Below are positions 1-8,898 of a DNA stretch of 64,000 bases, one piece after another. Source of the stretch: an uncultured Caulobacterales bacterium (lineage in GTDB: Bacteria > Pseudomonadota > Alphaproteobacteria > Caulobacterales > Parvularculaceae); NCBI GenBank assembly GCA_964342855.1, contig CAYFIB010000013.1, forward strand, positions 1,352 through 65,351, given 5' to 3'. Every line of letters begins with the position of its first letter. Position 1 is the stretch's first letter. Both the position numbers and the translations under genes were made by a program. The notes beneath the pieces are model-generated. The model saw nothing but the letters and a program-made list of their open reading frames with translations, made no database searches and had not been told where the DNA came from.

Positions 1-266
1 GCACGGATTTCGTCCCGACGCCGGCGGGCTTCGGCGAGAGACACCTCTCTGGCGGAGCCAAGCCCGAGATCGCGCCGCCGACCATTTATGGTGATCCGGA
101 GGATCCATCGCCGTCCGCCAGACGCATCGATGACGAGCATCAAGCCGAGCCCGTCGGTATGCCTCCCCGGCTTCTCAAGGGTCGCGACCGCGCGCGCCGT
201 CAGCTGATTGACCTTGATGTTTCCCACGTCGGAAGCCCAACTCTCGACCCACTTTCCAGCCCACAT
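1..266 (-). CDS. Tyrosine-type phage/ICE integrase, N-terminal arm-binding (DUF4102-like) part only; the gene continues beyond the left edge
   Basis: Own translation of the minus strand from 227 downward gives VGNIKVNQLTARAVATLEKPGRHTDGLGLMLVIDASGGRRWILRITINGRRRDLGLGSAREVSLAEARRRRDEIR. This is the typical N-terminus of P4-like integrases. The frame is open to the window edge, so it is absent from the ORF track. The start is either ATG 266-264 or GTG 227-225. Confidence 0.6.
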   Translation of the reverse strand, partial: MWAGKWVESWASDVGNIKVNQLTARAVATLEKPGRHTDGLGLMLVIDASGGRRWILRITINGRRRDLGLGSAREVSLAEARRRRDEIR

Positions 267-559
267 TAAGCGCCGGATTGCGCCGGATGACAATGGATTT
301 CGACGCAGCAAATTTCGATCTAATTCACTGATAAAACTGCAATTTTCGGATCACGCTGGACACCCTCGGATAACGTGGACTGTCCTACTCGGGGAGCCAT
401 TTTCCGGGCCGTTTTCACAAAAACTTGCGAATCGCCGAGACATGCGGACGCCGCTGCGGCTCTACTTTTCGCAGTCAGCACGCCTCCGCAACGCCCTCTC
501 CCGACATGTGCAGCGCATGCTAGAGTCCGCCGACGCAATTGGCGGTGCGGATCGCGCGG

Positions 560-2149
560 ATGTCGGACACGCAGGCAGATCAACAGGATGAAACGGTCGC
601 CGCCCCGCCGGCGCCCGCCCGCCCGGCGCACGCGCCGATACGTGAAAAAACGACCGCCTTTAAAAACTTCATCACAAGCCGCGCCGGCCGCTGGAGCGCG
701 GCGGGGGTGGCGACGGTGGGCGCCGTCGCGTTCTTCGGCAACCTCGCGACGATCCTAGGGCTTTTCAGCCCGCAGACGGCGACGACCTCGCAGGTGGAAA
801 GTCTTCAGACGGAGCTTGCGCTTCAACGCCAGATGATCGCGCAGCTGCTTGAACAGACGCGCCCCGCGGACGCTGGCGCCGTCTCGCCCGAACGTCAGGC
901 GGAGCGGGCGAACGCCGCGGCCCGCGTCGTCGCCGCCGAACCGGAAGCCGCCGCCGCCATCGCCGGGGGCGACTTTCGCGCGGGGTTTCTCGCCCTGAAG
1001 GCGCGGGCGGACGATCTCTCCATGGAAGCCGCCCTCGCCTGGCGCGATCTCGGCGCCCTCGCCTACGACCGCGACCCGGCGATCGCGCTTGATTCCTACC
1101 GACAGGCGGCGCGGATCGATGCGAGCGATTTCGAAACCTGGATGGCGCTCGCCGATCTTGAATTCGACCACACGCGCGACGTCTCCGCCGCAAAAGCGGC
1201 GGCGGCGAAGGCGCTGGAGGTCGCGGGCGACATCGACGAACGACTTCGAGCGCTGGAAGAACTTGCAGCGCTCGAATTCGAAGCGGGCGAGCTGTCCACC
1301 GCCCGCAAGCGCTACGAGCAGCTGACGTTGATCCTCCGCCCCATGATCGACAAGGCGCCGACCGACGCGCGGTTGCTCGCCATCCTCGCCGATGCGCGCG
1401 ACGGCGTCGGCGACATCGCTCATCAGGCGGGAGACTTTGACGGCGCCGAGGCGGCCTTTCGCGATGTGCTCGAGATCCGGCGGCGGCTGCAGGGACTGGA
1501 CCCCGCCGACATCGCGCGGCGGCAGGACGTCTCCAGCGCGCTGGAGAGCATCGGCGAGCTCGCTCTCAGCGCCGACGACCTCAAAAAGGCCGAAGCGGCG
1601 TTTGCGGAAAGTCTCGCCATCGACCGGCAGATCGCGGCGGCGGACCGGGAAAGCCTGTCAGCGCGGCGCAATCTCGCGGTATCCTTGGAGATGTACGGGG
1701 ACATTCTGCTGGATCTCGACGAGACGCAAAGCGCGCTGGAGCACTATCAGGAGAGCCTGCAGACCTCCCGCTTGCTGCTCGCGAGCCACCCGACCAACGC
1801 GCTCTATCGCGAGGATGTCGCCTTCGCGCTCGCTCAGACGGGCACGGCCTATCTGGCGCTTGACGATCGCGAGGCCGGCGTCGCGTCGTATAAGGAAATG
1901 CTGGCGATCATGCGCGGCCTCGCCGAGGAGCAGAAAGACGAGCTGCGCGCGCAGCTCATTCTCGCCGAGACCCTCGCGCGCACGGCCCTTGTCGCCGACG
2001 AAGCGCCGCTCGCCGCGGAGGCTCGGAAGATCCTCGCGACCGCGCGCGCTGAAGGCCGCCTCGATCCCGAGCACGTCGTCGCCATCACCGATACCGAAGA
2101 GGCGCTCGACGAATTTGAGGCCCGTCAGCTTACCGATGGTCGCAGATAA
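560..2149 (+). CDS. Membrane-anchored TPR-repeat protein
   Basis: ORF 539..2149, with ATG at 560 (MSDTQ). One N-terminal hydrophobic helix (AAGVATVGAVAFFGNLATILGLF), then a coiled-coil and long degenerate TPR-like Ala/Leu/Asp-rich repeats. Confidence 0.6.
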   Translation: MSDTQADQQDETVAAPPAPARPAHAPIREKTTAFKNFITSRAGRWSAAGVATVGAVAFFGNLATILGLFSPQTATTSQVESLQTELALQRQMIAQLLEQTRPADAGAVSPERQAERANAAARVVAAEPEAAAAIAGGDFRAGFLALKARADDLSMEAALAWRDLGALAYDRDPAIALDSYRQAARIDASDFETWMALADLEFDHTRDVSAAKAAAAKALEVAGDIDERLRALEELAALEFEAGELSTARKRYEQLTLILRPMIDKAPTDARLLAILADARDGVGDIAHQAGDFDGAEAAFRDVLEIRRRLQGLDPADIARRQDVSSALESIGELALSADDLKKAEAAFAESLAIDRQIAAADRESLSARRNLAVSLEMYGDILLDLDETQSALEHYQESLQTSRLLLASHPTNALYREDVAFALAQTGTAYLALDDREAGVASYKEMLAIMRGLAEEQKDELRAQLILAETLARTALVADEAPLAAEARKILATARAEGRLDPEHVVAITDTEEALDEFEARQLTDGRR

Positions 2150-2759
2150 GCTGGAACTGCGCGCCGCCTTCAGGCTGGATGACCTCTGTCACGACGCCGA
2201 ATTCCAGAAGTTCGTCCGTGCTCATCCAATACATGCCGTCGAACGGCGCTGCTTCCAGCGTGAACCAGTAGAACGCCTCGTTCATGCCGATCGCGCGGAA
2301 ATAGTCGAGGAACACCTTGTGGCCCTGATGGTCGCGCGGCAGCTCTGAAGACGCACGCCGGTCATTGTCATCCTGCCAGGCGTGCACGCCGACGCAGGCG
2401 CCTTCCTCCACGATGCGGTTCTTCCCAGCAAGGAAGAAATCGACGCCGCCCGACGCGATGACGCCATCCGCGGGGACATAGGTCGTCAGCTGTTGCTCGA
2501 AAACGCGCAAGGACGCCTTGATGTTCTTGTCGTCATCCTCCGACCCCGGCACGTTGTTCATGACGATGGTCGCAAGGTCCGGGTGCTGTCGGAAGAGCTT
2601 CTTCACCGCCCGCGGCGTCGGCGCGCCCAGCTCGCCGCTCATGTAAGCCGTGTCGCCCACCACCTCGAACGTCGCGTACTGGGTTTTCGCGAACGCCGCC
2701 GCGAGCGCCAGCACGACAAGCCCGAAGCCCAGACGACGCGCCGCCTTTTTCGATTTCAT
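2130..2759 (-). CDS. Secreted hypothetical protein (ClpP/crotonase-like, COG3904-like pattern)
   Basis: ORF 2130..2840. Internal ATG at 2759 gives MKSKKAARRLGFGLVVLALAAAFA, a signal peptide. The functional assignment is weak, by eye only. The 3' end overlaps the convergent TPR gene by 20 nt. Confidence 0.5.
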   Translation of the reverse strand: MKSKKAARRLGFGLVVLALAAAFAKTQYATFEVVGDTAYMSGELGAPTPRAVKKLFRQHPDLATIVMNNVPGSEDDDKNIKASLRVFEQQLTTYVPADGVIASGGVDFFLAGKNRIVEEGACVGVHAWQDDNDRRASSELPRDHQGHKVFLDYFRAIGMNEAFYWFTLEAAPFDGMYWMSTDELLEFGVVTEVIQPEGGAQFQLICDHR

Positions 2760-2844
2760 CACGCCCATACCCCTCTCCCCTTGTGTTCCGGAGAGTTGAG
2801 CCCGGCGCGGGGCCCGCGTCCAATCGAAAGCGCGCCCCAAACGT

Positions 2845-2871
2845 AAAAACGGAGCCCGCAGGCTCCGTTTT
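2845..2871 (-). terminator. Rho-independent terminator (symmetric A/T flanks) downstream of the yceI pair
   Basis: aaaaACGGAGCC-cgca-GGCTCCGTtttt: 8-bp GC-rich stem, 4-nt loop, with a T-run on both strands. Confidence 0.5.
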
Positions 2872-2897
2872 CGGCAATTGCTTCAGTAGGTTGTTGC

Positions 2898-3455
2898 TTA
2901 GTCGGCTTTGCGCGCGACCAGCTCCACGATGACGTCGACCTCAAGGCCGACCGTGTCGCCGGAGGCCCATTGGCCGGAGCCGACATTGAAGTCCGTACGC
3001 GTCAGCGTGGTCTTGCCGACCATATGCGTCGCGCCGTCTTTCTCCGTCAGCGTGAACGGCAGCACCACCGGCTTGGAAACGCCCTTGAGCGAGAGCGAAC
3101 CGCTCGCGACGAACTGGCCGTCATCGCCCTTCGCGAAATCGTCCGCAGCGAAGACCGCCTTCGGGAATTTCTTGGTGTTGAACCAGGCCGAACCCGGCAG
3201 CGCGTCGTTGCGGTCGCCGGAACCGGCGTCCGCCGACGTCACGTCGATGGTCGCGATGACTTTCGAGCCGGCGAGATCGTCCGCGCTGAACGCGATCTCG
3301 GCGGTGAACTTTTCAAATTCACCGGTGAACTCGCGCCCGCTCTGGGTGGCGACGAAGGTCACCGCGCTTTTGTCGTAGTCGACGACGTACTTGTCCGCCG
3401 CCATGGCCGGGCTTGCGGCGAGCGCGATCGCCGCGGAGAGAATGAAACGTTTCAT
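2898..3455 (-). CDS. YceI-family periplasmic polyisoprenoid-binding protein
   Basis: ORF 2898..3497, with ATG at 3455 (MKRFILSAAIALAASPAMA signal). YceI-like pattern: YVVDYDKSAVTFVATQ...LSLKGVSKPVVLPFTL...RTDFNVG. Confidence 0.8.
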   Translation of the reverse strand: MKRFILSAAIALAASPAMAADKYVVDYDKSAVTFVATQSGREFTGEFEKFTAEIAFSADDLAGSKVIATIDVTSADAGSGDRNDALPGSAWFNTKKFPKAVFAADDFAKGDDGQFVASGSLSLKGVSKPVVLPFTLTEKDGATHMVGKTTLTRTDFNVGSGQWASGDTVGLEVDVIVELVARKAD

Positions 3456-3518
3456 CGTAGGTCCCTTTGGGTTTGATGAGGCGAGCGGGCCCGGCATCGC
3501 CCCGCTCGCAAGTCCCCC

Positions 3519-4109
3519 TTACTTCGCTTGCTCGTATTCGGTTTCGATGGTGATGGACACCTCGTCGCCGACATACGGCACGTACTGGTCTACGCCGAAA
3601 TCGGACCGTTTGATGGTCGTCGTCGCGCCGAAGCCGAGTTTCGAGCGGCCATCGCGCGTTTCGCCGAGCTTGCGGAACTTTGCGTCGAGAACCACCGGCT
3701 TCGTCTCGCCCTTGATGGTGAGATCGCCGGTGATCTTGGCGGTGTTGTCGCCGGTGATTTTAATGCCCGTGCTTTCGAAGGTGATGGTCGGGAACGCCGC
3801 GGCGTTGAAGAAGTTCTCGCCCTGCAGGTGGCCATCGAAGACCTCGACGCCGCTGTCGATGTTCGCGACGTCGATGGTTGTCACGACCGTGCTGTTGGCG
3901 GGGTCAGCCGGGTCCAGATTGATGCTGGAGTCGAACTTCGTCACGCGCAGCACCGGGCGGGAATAGCCCTGGTGGTCGTAGGAAAACGCGATGTAGGCGT
4001 GGTTGCCATCGATCTCATAGGCGCCGGCCGGCGCCTCGGTGAGCGGATTGGCGTTGGCGGAGACGATGAGCGCGGCGGCGGAGCCGGCGGCGAGAAGAGT
4101 TTTCAGCAT
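3519..4109 (-). CDS. YceI-family periplasmic protein (second paralog)
   Basis: Signal peptide MLKTLLAAGSAAALIVSANA. YEIDGNHAYIAFSYDHQGYS...GDLTIKGETKPVVLDAKF...KRSDFGVD. Confidence 0.8.
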   Translation of the reverse strand: MLKTLLAAGSAAALIVSANANPLTEAPAGAYEIDGNHAYIAFSYDHQGYSRPVLRVTKFDSSINLDPADPANSTVVTTIDVANIDSGVEVFDGHLQGENFFNAAAFPTITFESTGIKITGDNTAKITGDLTIKGETKPVVLDAKFRKLGETRDGRSKLGFGATTTIKRSDFGVDQYVPYVGDEVSITIETEYEQAK

Positions 4110-4175
4110 GAGGGAGCGCCCCTTTTTAATGCGAATTGACGCATCGGAGGTAAGGCGCCCGCTGCAACCGTCAAT

Positions 4176-4787
4176 TCACGGGGCCGTGCGAAGCGCGCCC
4201 CGCAAAAGCCGCAAAGCCGCGGATGAGACGATGCTCGCCACGATGATCGACAATAAGGGATCGATCGGCCGCCAGCCGGTCGTCGCGATGGTGATCGCGG
4301 CGACGATCGCCGCGACGGACCCGAAGATGTCGCCGAGAACATGCAGCGCCGCCGCGCGGACATTGGCGTCGCCGTGGCTGTGGGGGTGCAGCAGCTTGAA
4401 GGCCACGTAATTGACGATCAGCCCCGCGACGGCGACGGCGAACATCGGCCCCGCCAGCACCGGCGTCGGCTCGCGCAGGCGCTCGAACGCCTCCCACACC
4501 ATCCAGCCGCTCAAGGGCAACAGCGTCGAGGCGTTGAAGATCGCCGCCCAACGCTTCACCCGCCCGTCGCCCGCGCCCAGCCGGTCGATGCGGCTCGCGA
4601 GAAGCGCGGCGAGCAGCGCCACCGCGTCGAGCGCCATGTGCGCGGCGTCGGCGAGGAGCGCGAGAGAGCCGGAATAGAGACCGCCTGCGATCTCCGCCGC
4701 CATGAACGCGGCCGTGAGCGCGAACGCCTGCGCGAGGCGACGTTCTGAAAGGGCGTCCGTCGCCGCTGCGCATGCGTCATGAGCCAT
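4176..4787 (-). CDS. Cation diffusion facilitator (CzcD/ZitB-like) transporter, transmembrane domain only
   Basis: 203 aa. CDF metal-site motifs are present in TM2 (LADAAHMALD) and TM5 (AALHVLGD). The protein stops right after TM6 (ALRLLRGALRTAP*), so there is no cytoplasmic C-terminal domain. Confidence 0.75.
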   Translation of the reverse strand: MAHDACAAATDALSERRLAQAFALTAAFMAAEIAGGLYSGSLALLADAAHMALDAVALLAALLASRIDRLGAGDGRVKRWAAIFNASTLLPLSGWMVWEAFERLREPTPVLAGPMFAVAVAGLIVNYVAFKLLHPHSHGDANVRAAALHVLGDIFGSVAAIVAAITIATTGWRPIDPLLSIIVASIVSSAALRLLRGALRTAP

Positions 4788-4900
4788 GGCGGAACGCTAC
4801 TCAACGCCGGGGCCCCGCTTCAACTGAACGCCTCGTCACGTTTGCGGCTCGCGGGCCGAGCGTGCTTAATCCGCCTCTGTTCGAGACAAAGGATGTGCTC

Positions 4901-6613
4901 ATGTCGCTTCGACTTCTCGCCCGCGCGCCGTTCGCGCTTGCAGCCCTCGGCCTCGTCGCCTGCGGCGGCGAGGACCCCGCCCCGACCGACGAACCGAAAG
5001 GCGTTCCCGCGGAAACAACGACGCCGACGCTGAAGACCGCGCCCGAGCTTTCCAAGGACGATCTCGGCGCACGCATCGAGATCCTCGCTTCCGACGCCTT
5101 CGAAGGCCGCGCGCCCGGCTCGGCCGGCGGCCGCAAAACCGTCGAGTGGCTGGAAGGCGAGTTCGCCCGCATCGGCCTGAAACCCGCCGGTCGCGACGGA
5201 AGCTACCGCCAGCCGGTGCCGCTTCTGTCCGCTCTTTTGAATTCCGACGCCTCCAGCATGAGCGTCGCGACGCCCGATGGCGAACGCGCGCTCTCCTTCG
5301 GTGATGAAGTCGTCTACTGGACCAAGCGCGTTGAGGAGAACATCGCCGTCGACGCCTCCGATCTCGTGTTCGTCGGCTACGGCGTGGTCGCCCCTGAATA
5401 TCAGTGGAATGACTATGAGGGGCTGGATGTTACGGGGAAGACGGTCGTCATCCTCGTCAACGATCCGGGCTATGAAGTGAAGGAGGACGTCTTCTTCAAG
5501 GGCGAATCCATGACCTATTACGGTCGGTGGACATACAAATACGAAGAAGCCGCCCGCCAGGGCGCCGCCGGCGCCATCATCGTTCACGAAACCGCACCCG
5601 CCGCTTACCCGTGGGCGGTCGTTGAGGGCAGCTGGACCGGACCGCAGCTCGATCTCGAACGTCCGGACGCCGGCGCCTCGCGTACGGCCTTCGAAGGCTG
5701 GATCACCGTTGATATCGCCCGCGAACTCTTCGCCGCCGCCGGCATGGACTTCGACGCGGAGAAGAAAGCCGCCCTCACCCCGGCTTTCACGCCGGTGCCT
5801 CTTGGCGAGCTGAAAGTCTCCGCGGAGCTTTCGACCTCGTTCTCTCGACAGATCTCCGCGAATGTCGCGGGCGTCGTCGAAGGCGACGGCGCGGCGGACG
5901 AGTACGTCCTTTACATGGCGCACTGGGACCATCTCGGCCGCACGTTCTCCGGCGACGACACGATCTCCAACGGCGCCGTCGACAATGCGACGGGTACGGC
6001 GGCCATCCTCGAAATCGCCGAGGCCTACGCCAATCTCGGCGTGAAGCCGAAGCGCTCGCTTCTGTTCCTCGCGGTGACGGCCGAAGAATCCGGCCTCCTC
6101 GGCTCGGCCTATTACGCCGAAGACCCGCTGGTTCCGTTTGAGAAAACGGTAGGCGGGATCAATATCGACGCCCTCCTCCCGGTCGGTCCGACCAAGGACC
6201 TCATCGTCATCGGCTACGGCGCCTCGGAGCTGGAGGACACGCTCAACATCGTCGCGAAGTCGAAAGGCAAGTACCTGCGTCCGGACGCGAGCCCGGAGAA
6301 TGGGTATTTCTATCGCTCCGACCACATCTCCCTCGCCAAGAAAGGCGTGCCGATGCTCTACGCCGATACGGGCGTCGACGCGGTCGAAGGCGGGGAAGCC
6401 GCGGGCGAGGCGTTCGCTGCGACGTACACGGCCGAGCGCTACCACAAGCCGGCGGACGAGTACGACGGCGACTGGAACCTCGACGGCATGATCGAGGACG
6501 TGGAGATCCTCTACGAAACCGGCCGCCGCATCGCCTTCTCCAGCCAGTGGCCGAACTGGTACGACGGCAACGAATTCCGCGCCTTGCGCGACGCGCAGCT
6601 TGCGGAAGACTGA
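4901..6613 (+). CDS. M28-family aminopeptidase lipoprotein with PA domain
   Basis: ORF 4772..6613. ATG 4901 gives MSLRLLARAPFALAALGLVAC (lipobox). M28 metal-ligand blocks are present: MAHWDHLG, DNATGTAAILE, TAEESGLLGS. Confidence 0.8.
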   Translation: MSLRLLARAPFALAALGLVACGGEDPAPTDEPKGVPAETTTPTLKTAPELSKDDLGARIEILASDAFEGRAPGSAGGRKTVEWLEGEFARIGLKPAGRDGSYRQPVPLLSALLNSDASSMSVATPDGERALSFGDEVVYWTKRVEENIAVDASDLVFVGYGVVAPEYQWNDYEGLDVTGKTVVILVNDPGYEVKEDVFFKGESMTYYGRWTYKYEEAARQGAAGAIIVHETAPAAYPWAVVEGSWTGPQLDLERPDAGASRTAFEGWITVDIARELFAAAGMDFDAEKKAALTPAFTPVPLGELKVSAELSTSFSRQISANVAGVVEGDGAADEYVLYMAHWDHLGRTFSGDDTISNGAVDNATGTAAILEIAEAYANLGVKPKRSLLFLAVTAEESGLLGSAYYAEDPLVPFEKTVGGINIDALLPVGPTKDLIVIGYGASELEDTLNIVAKSKGKYLRPDASPENGYFYRSDHISLAKKGVPMLYADTGVDAVEGGEAAGEAFAATYTAERYHKPADEYDGDWNLDGMIEDVEILYETGRRIAFSSQWPNWYDGNEFRALRDAQLAED

Positions 6614-6641
6614 GCGTTCGTGCGCCCTCAACGTAGAAGAA

Positions 6642-6669
6642 GCGCCGCCCGACCGGGCGGCGCTTTTTT
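6642..6669 (+). terminator. Rho-independent terminator after the M28 peptidase gene
   Basis: GCGCCGCCC-gacc-GGGCGGCGC followed by TTTTTT. Confidence 0.65.
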
Positions 6670-6680
6670 GTGGGGCGCGA

Positions 6681-7625
6681 TCAGGGAAGCGCGACCCGTT
6701 TCAGCGCGAACTGTTGCGGCGGTGTCGGATCGAAGCCGAACAGATGATCGAACTGGGACTGAACGACATAGGCGCTGTTCCTGTAGACCGCGACCGTCGT
6801 CGGCACATCGAGACCCGTCGCGATCGTCTCGACACGCCCCATGCCGCCCTCGAGGGTGATGATCGAGAGCGCGCCGGCGGTTCCCTCGACCACGAGAAGC
6901 GATCCATCATCGAGGCTCTCCAGCCCGTCCGGTCCCTGAAGTTTTCGATCCAGCGCGACCTCGTCGATATCGCCCGTTCGCGGTTCCACGCGGAAGAGAA
7001 GGCCCTCATTGTATTTCACGACATAGAGATCGCCGTTGAGGGTCGTCAGGCCATTGGTGTTGAACCCTTCGCCAGTCCAGCGCGGGCTTTGGGCGAGAAC
7101 CTGCAACTCTTCCGAGCCCGGCCTAAGGCGCAGCACGCGGCCGATGCCGGAGTCCGAAACGACGATCGTTCCGTCGCTCAGCTCGTAGATATCGTTGCAG
7201 AACCCGCCGCCCGGAAGCGGATAGCGCCCCGCCACGGCCCCGCTGTCAGCGTCGAAGGCGACCAGCTCGCTGGCGCGGCCGCCGTGGCTCTGGGTCGGAT
7301 CGGACGAGCAGGCGTAAACCGCTTCGCCGTCAAACGTCGCATAGACGCCGATGATCGACATGAGATCGGCGCCCCCGCCCGCAAACAGCGACATGGTCTT
7401 CGTCGCTCGGCTGAGACGATATATTTCGCCGCGCGCAATGGATCCGACATAGACGTCGCCGTCCGCGCCGACCGCGACGCCTTCCGGGTAGAAATCATCA
7501 TGCGGCAGCGCGATTTCGCCTTCGGCCGAGACTTCAAACGGCGTTCCGGGCGCGGCGCCGTCGCTCGCGCAACCGGCTCCCAGAAGCGCCAGAGCCGCGC
7601 TCGCGGCCAACGTTGCTTTCAACAT
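6681..7625 (-). CDS. Beta-propeller lipoprotein (SMP-30/gluconolactonase/NHL-like)
   Basis: Lipoprotein signal MLKATLAASAALALLGAGC. Repeated D/G-rich blades (PEGVAVGADGDVYVG, DGTIVVSDSG, NGDLYVV, DGSLLVVEG). Confidence 0.55.
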   Translation of the reverse strand: MLKATLAASAALALLGAGCASDGAAPGTPFEVSAEGEIALPHDDFYPEGVAVGADGDVYVGSIARGEIYRLSRATKTMSLFAGGGADLMSIIGVYATFDGEAVYACSSDPTQSHGGRASELVAFDADSGAVAGRYPLPGGGFCNDIYELSDGTIVVSDSGIGRVLRLRPGSEELQVLAQSPRWTGEGFNTNGLTTLNGDLYVVKYNEGLLFRVEPRTGDIDEVALDRKLQGPDGLESLDDGSLLVVEGTAGALSIITLEGGMGRVETIATGLDVPTTVAVYRNSAYVVQSQFDHLFGFDPTPPQQFALKRVALP

Positions 7626-7650
7626 GGTCGTTCTCCTTCAGATTCGACGA

Positions 7651-7935
7651 TCAAGCTTCGATGGCGAAAAGGTCGAAGCGCGCGCCGGTCTGACGCAGCT
7701 TGATGAGCGGCTGATGGTCCGGCGCCGCGTACCAGGCGCGGGCTTTCTCAAGGCTCGGAAAGCGGATGAGGACGATGCGGTCCGGCGCGGTCGCGGCGCC
7801 TTCAAGCCGCTCCGGCGCGGCGTTGGCGAGCACCTCGCCCTCAAAGCGCTGCAGAACCTCCGCAAGCCGCGGCCGGTATTCGCCCTGCCAGTCGGTGTTG
7901 GAAATGGTGAGATAGCCTATGGCGTATGCGGTCAT
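7651..7935 (-). CDS. DUF1330 domain protein
   Basis: ORF 7651..8019, with ATG at 7935 (MTAYAIGYLTISNTDW...IVLIRFPSLEKARAWYAAPDHQPL). Divergent from a LysR gene. Confidence 0.7.
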   Translation of the reverse strand: MTAYAIGYLTISNTDWQGEYRPRLAEVLQRFEGEVLANAAPERLEGAATAPDRIVLIRFPSLEKARAWYAAPDHQPLIKLRQTGARFDLFAIEA

Positions 7936-8030
7936 GTCGACCTCCCTTGTGAGTACTGACGGGAGGTAGCCGCTCGAACGCCTTGCAATAACTATCGACA
8001 AACGCACTTGACCGTGCATTTTTGCACGTC

Positions 8031-8894
8031 ATGGAAAACTGGGATGATCTCCGCTTCTTCCTCGCCGTCGCGGAAACCGGGGCCGTGACGGCCGCCGCGA
8101 CCGAGCTCGGCGTGAACCACTCGACCGTGTCGCGCCGGATCGGCGCGCTCGAGGCGGCCGCGGACGTGCGCCTCTTCGACCGGGCGCCGGAGGGCTATGT
8201 GCTGACGCAGGCGGGCCTCGCGCTGCTGGAGCGCGCCAAACCGCTCTCGGGCGCGTTCCATGAAGTGAGCCGCACCCTCGCCGCGCATTCGCCTACCATC
8301 GCCGGAGAGTTGAGCGTGACCGCGCCGCAGGCGGCCATGGTGCATGTCGTAATGCCCATGCTGCGCGGCTTTCGCCGTCAGTATCCTGAAATCCGGCTGA
8401 AGCTCGTCGCCTCCGACGATGTCAGCAATCTGCGGCGCCGCGAAACCGATGTGGCGATCCGCGCATGCAACGGGCCGGATGAATCGCTGGTGGGGCGGAA
8501 ACTCTGCGCCCAGAAGACCGCCGTCTACGCCGACCGGGACTATTGGGCGCGCCTCGACGGGGAGGACCCCGCCTGGATTTCACCCTCCTTGCGGCCGCAG
8601 ATACCGGAATGGGCGAAACGAACGTACCCGAACATGCGCGCCGGCGTCTGCGTCAACGGCAAGCTGGAGACGTTTGAAGCCGTGCGCGCGGGCCTCGGCG
8701 TCGCCCGTCTTCCCTGCCGTCTCGGCGGCTCGGCGGATAACCTCGTCCGCGTGCCGCCGGACGAGCCGGGCGCGGACCTTGATATCTGGCTGCTCATGCA
8801 CGCTTCGCTGCAGTCCGCCCCGCGCGTGCGCGCCTTCGCCGACTTCATCTACGAAGCCTTCAAAACCGAAGCGCCCCTGTTCGAAGGGCGTTGA
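8031..8894 (+). CDS. LysR-family transcriptional regulator
   Basis: MENWDDLRFFLAVAETGAVTAAATELGVNHSTVSRRIGALE, an N-terminal wHTH, followed by a LysR substrate-binding domain. Confidence 0.85.
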   Translation: MENWDDLRFFLAVAETGAVTAAATELGVNHSTVSRRIGALEAAADVRLFDRAPEGYVLTQAGLALLERAKPLSGAFHEVSRTLAAHSPTIAGELSVTAPQAAMVHVVMPMLRGFRRQYPEIRLKLVASDDVSNLRRRETDVAIRACNGPDESLVGRKLCAQKTAVYADRDYWARLDGEDPAWISPSLRPQIPEWAKRTYPNMRAGVCVNGKLETFEAVRAGLGVARLPCRLGGSADNLVRVPPDEPGADLDIWLLMHASLQSAPRVRAFADFIYEAFKTEAPLFEGR

Positions 8895-8898
8895 GGCC

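Noticed and set aside
2130-2149. A 20-nt 3'-end overlap of the convergent TPR gene and the secreted-protein gene, as a possible antisense regulatory arrangement.
   Set aside because: Short convergent overlaps are common in compact GC-rich genomes, and nothing beyond the overlap itself supports regulation.
4772-4900. Upstream-extended starts offered by the ORF track: 4772 for M28, 2840, 3497, 8019, 14035, 14280, 21618, 26012, 30924, 31930, 32276, 32426 and 61880.
   Set aside because: In each case an internal ATG or GTG gives a canonical signal peptide or family N-terminus. It often also gives a 4-nt coupling overlap with the neighbour, while the extension is Arg-rich or overlaps the neighbouring gene.
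4820-6631. 603-aa ORF antisense to the M28 peptidase gene. Similar long antisense or out-of-frame ORFs occur at 12257..13954, 14586..16124, 20437..21639, 22464..23801, 50988..52976, 57584..58966 and 59286..60560.
   Set aside because: Their compositions are Arg/Gly/Ala/Pro-rich and low in complexity, and they have no recognisable motifs. Each lies opposite a gene with clear family signatures. Long spurious open frames like these are typical of GC-rich DNA.
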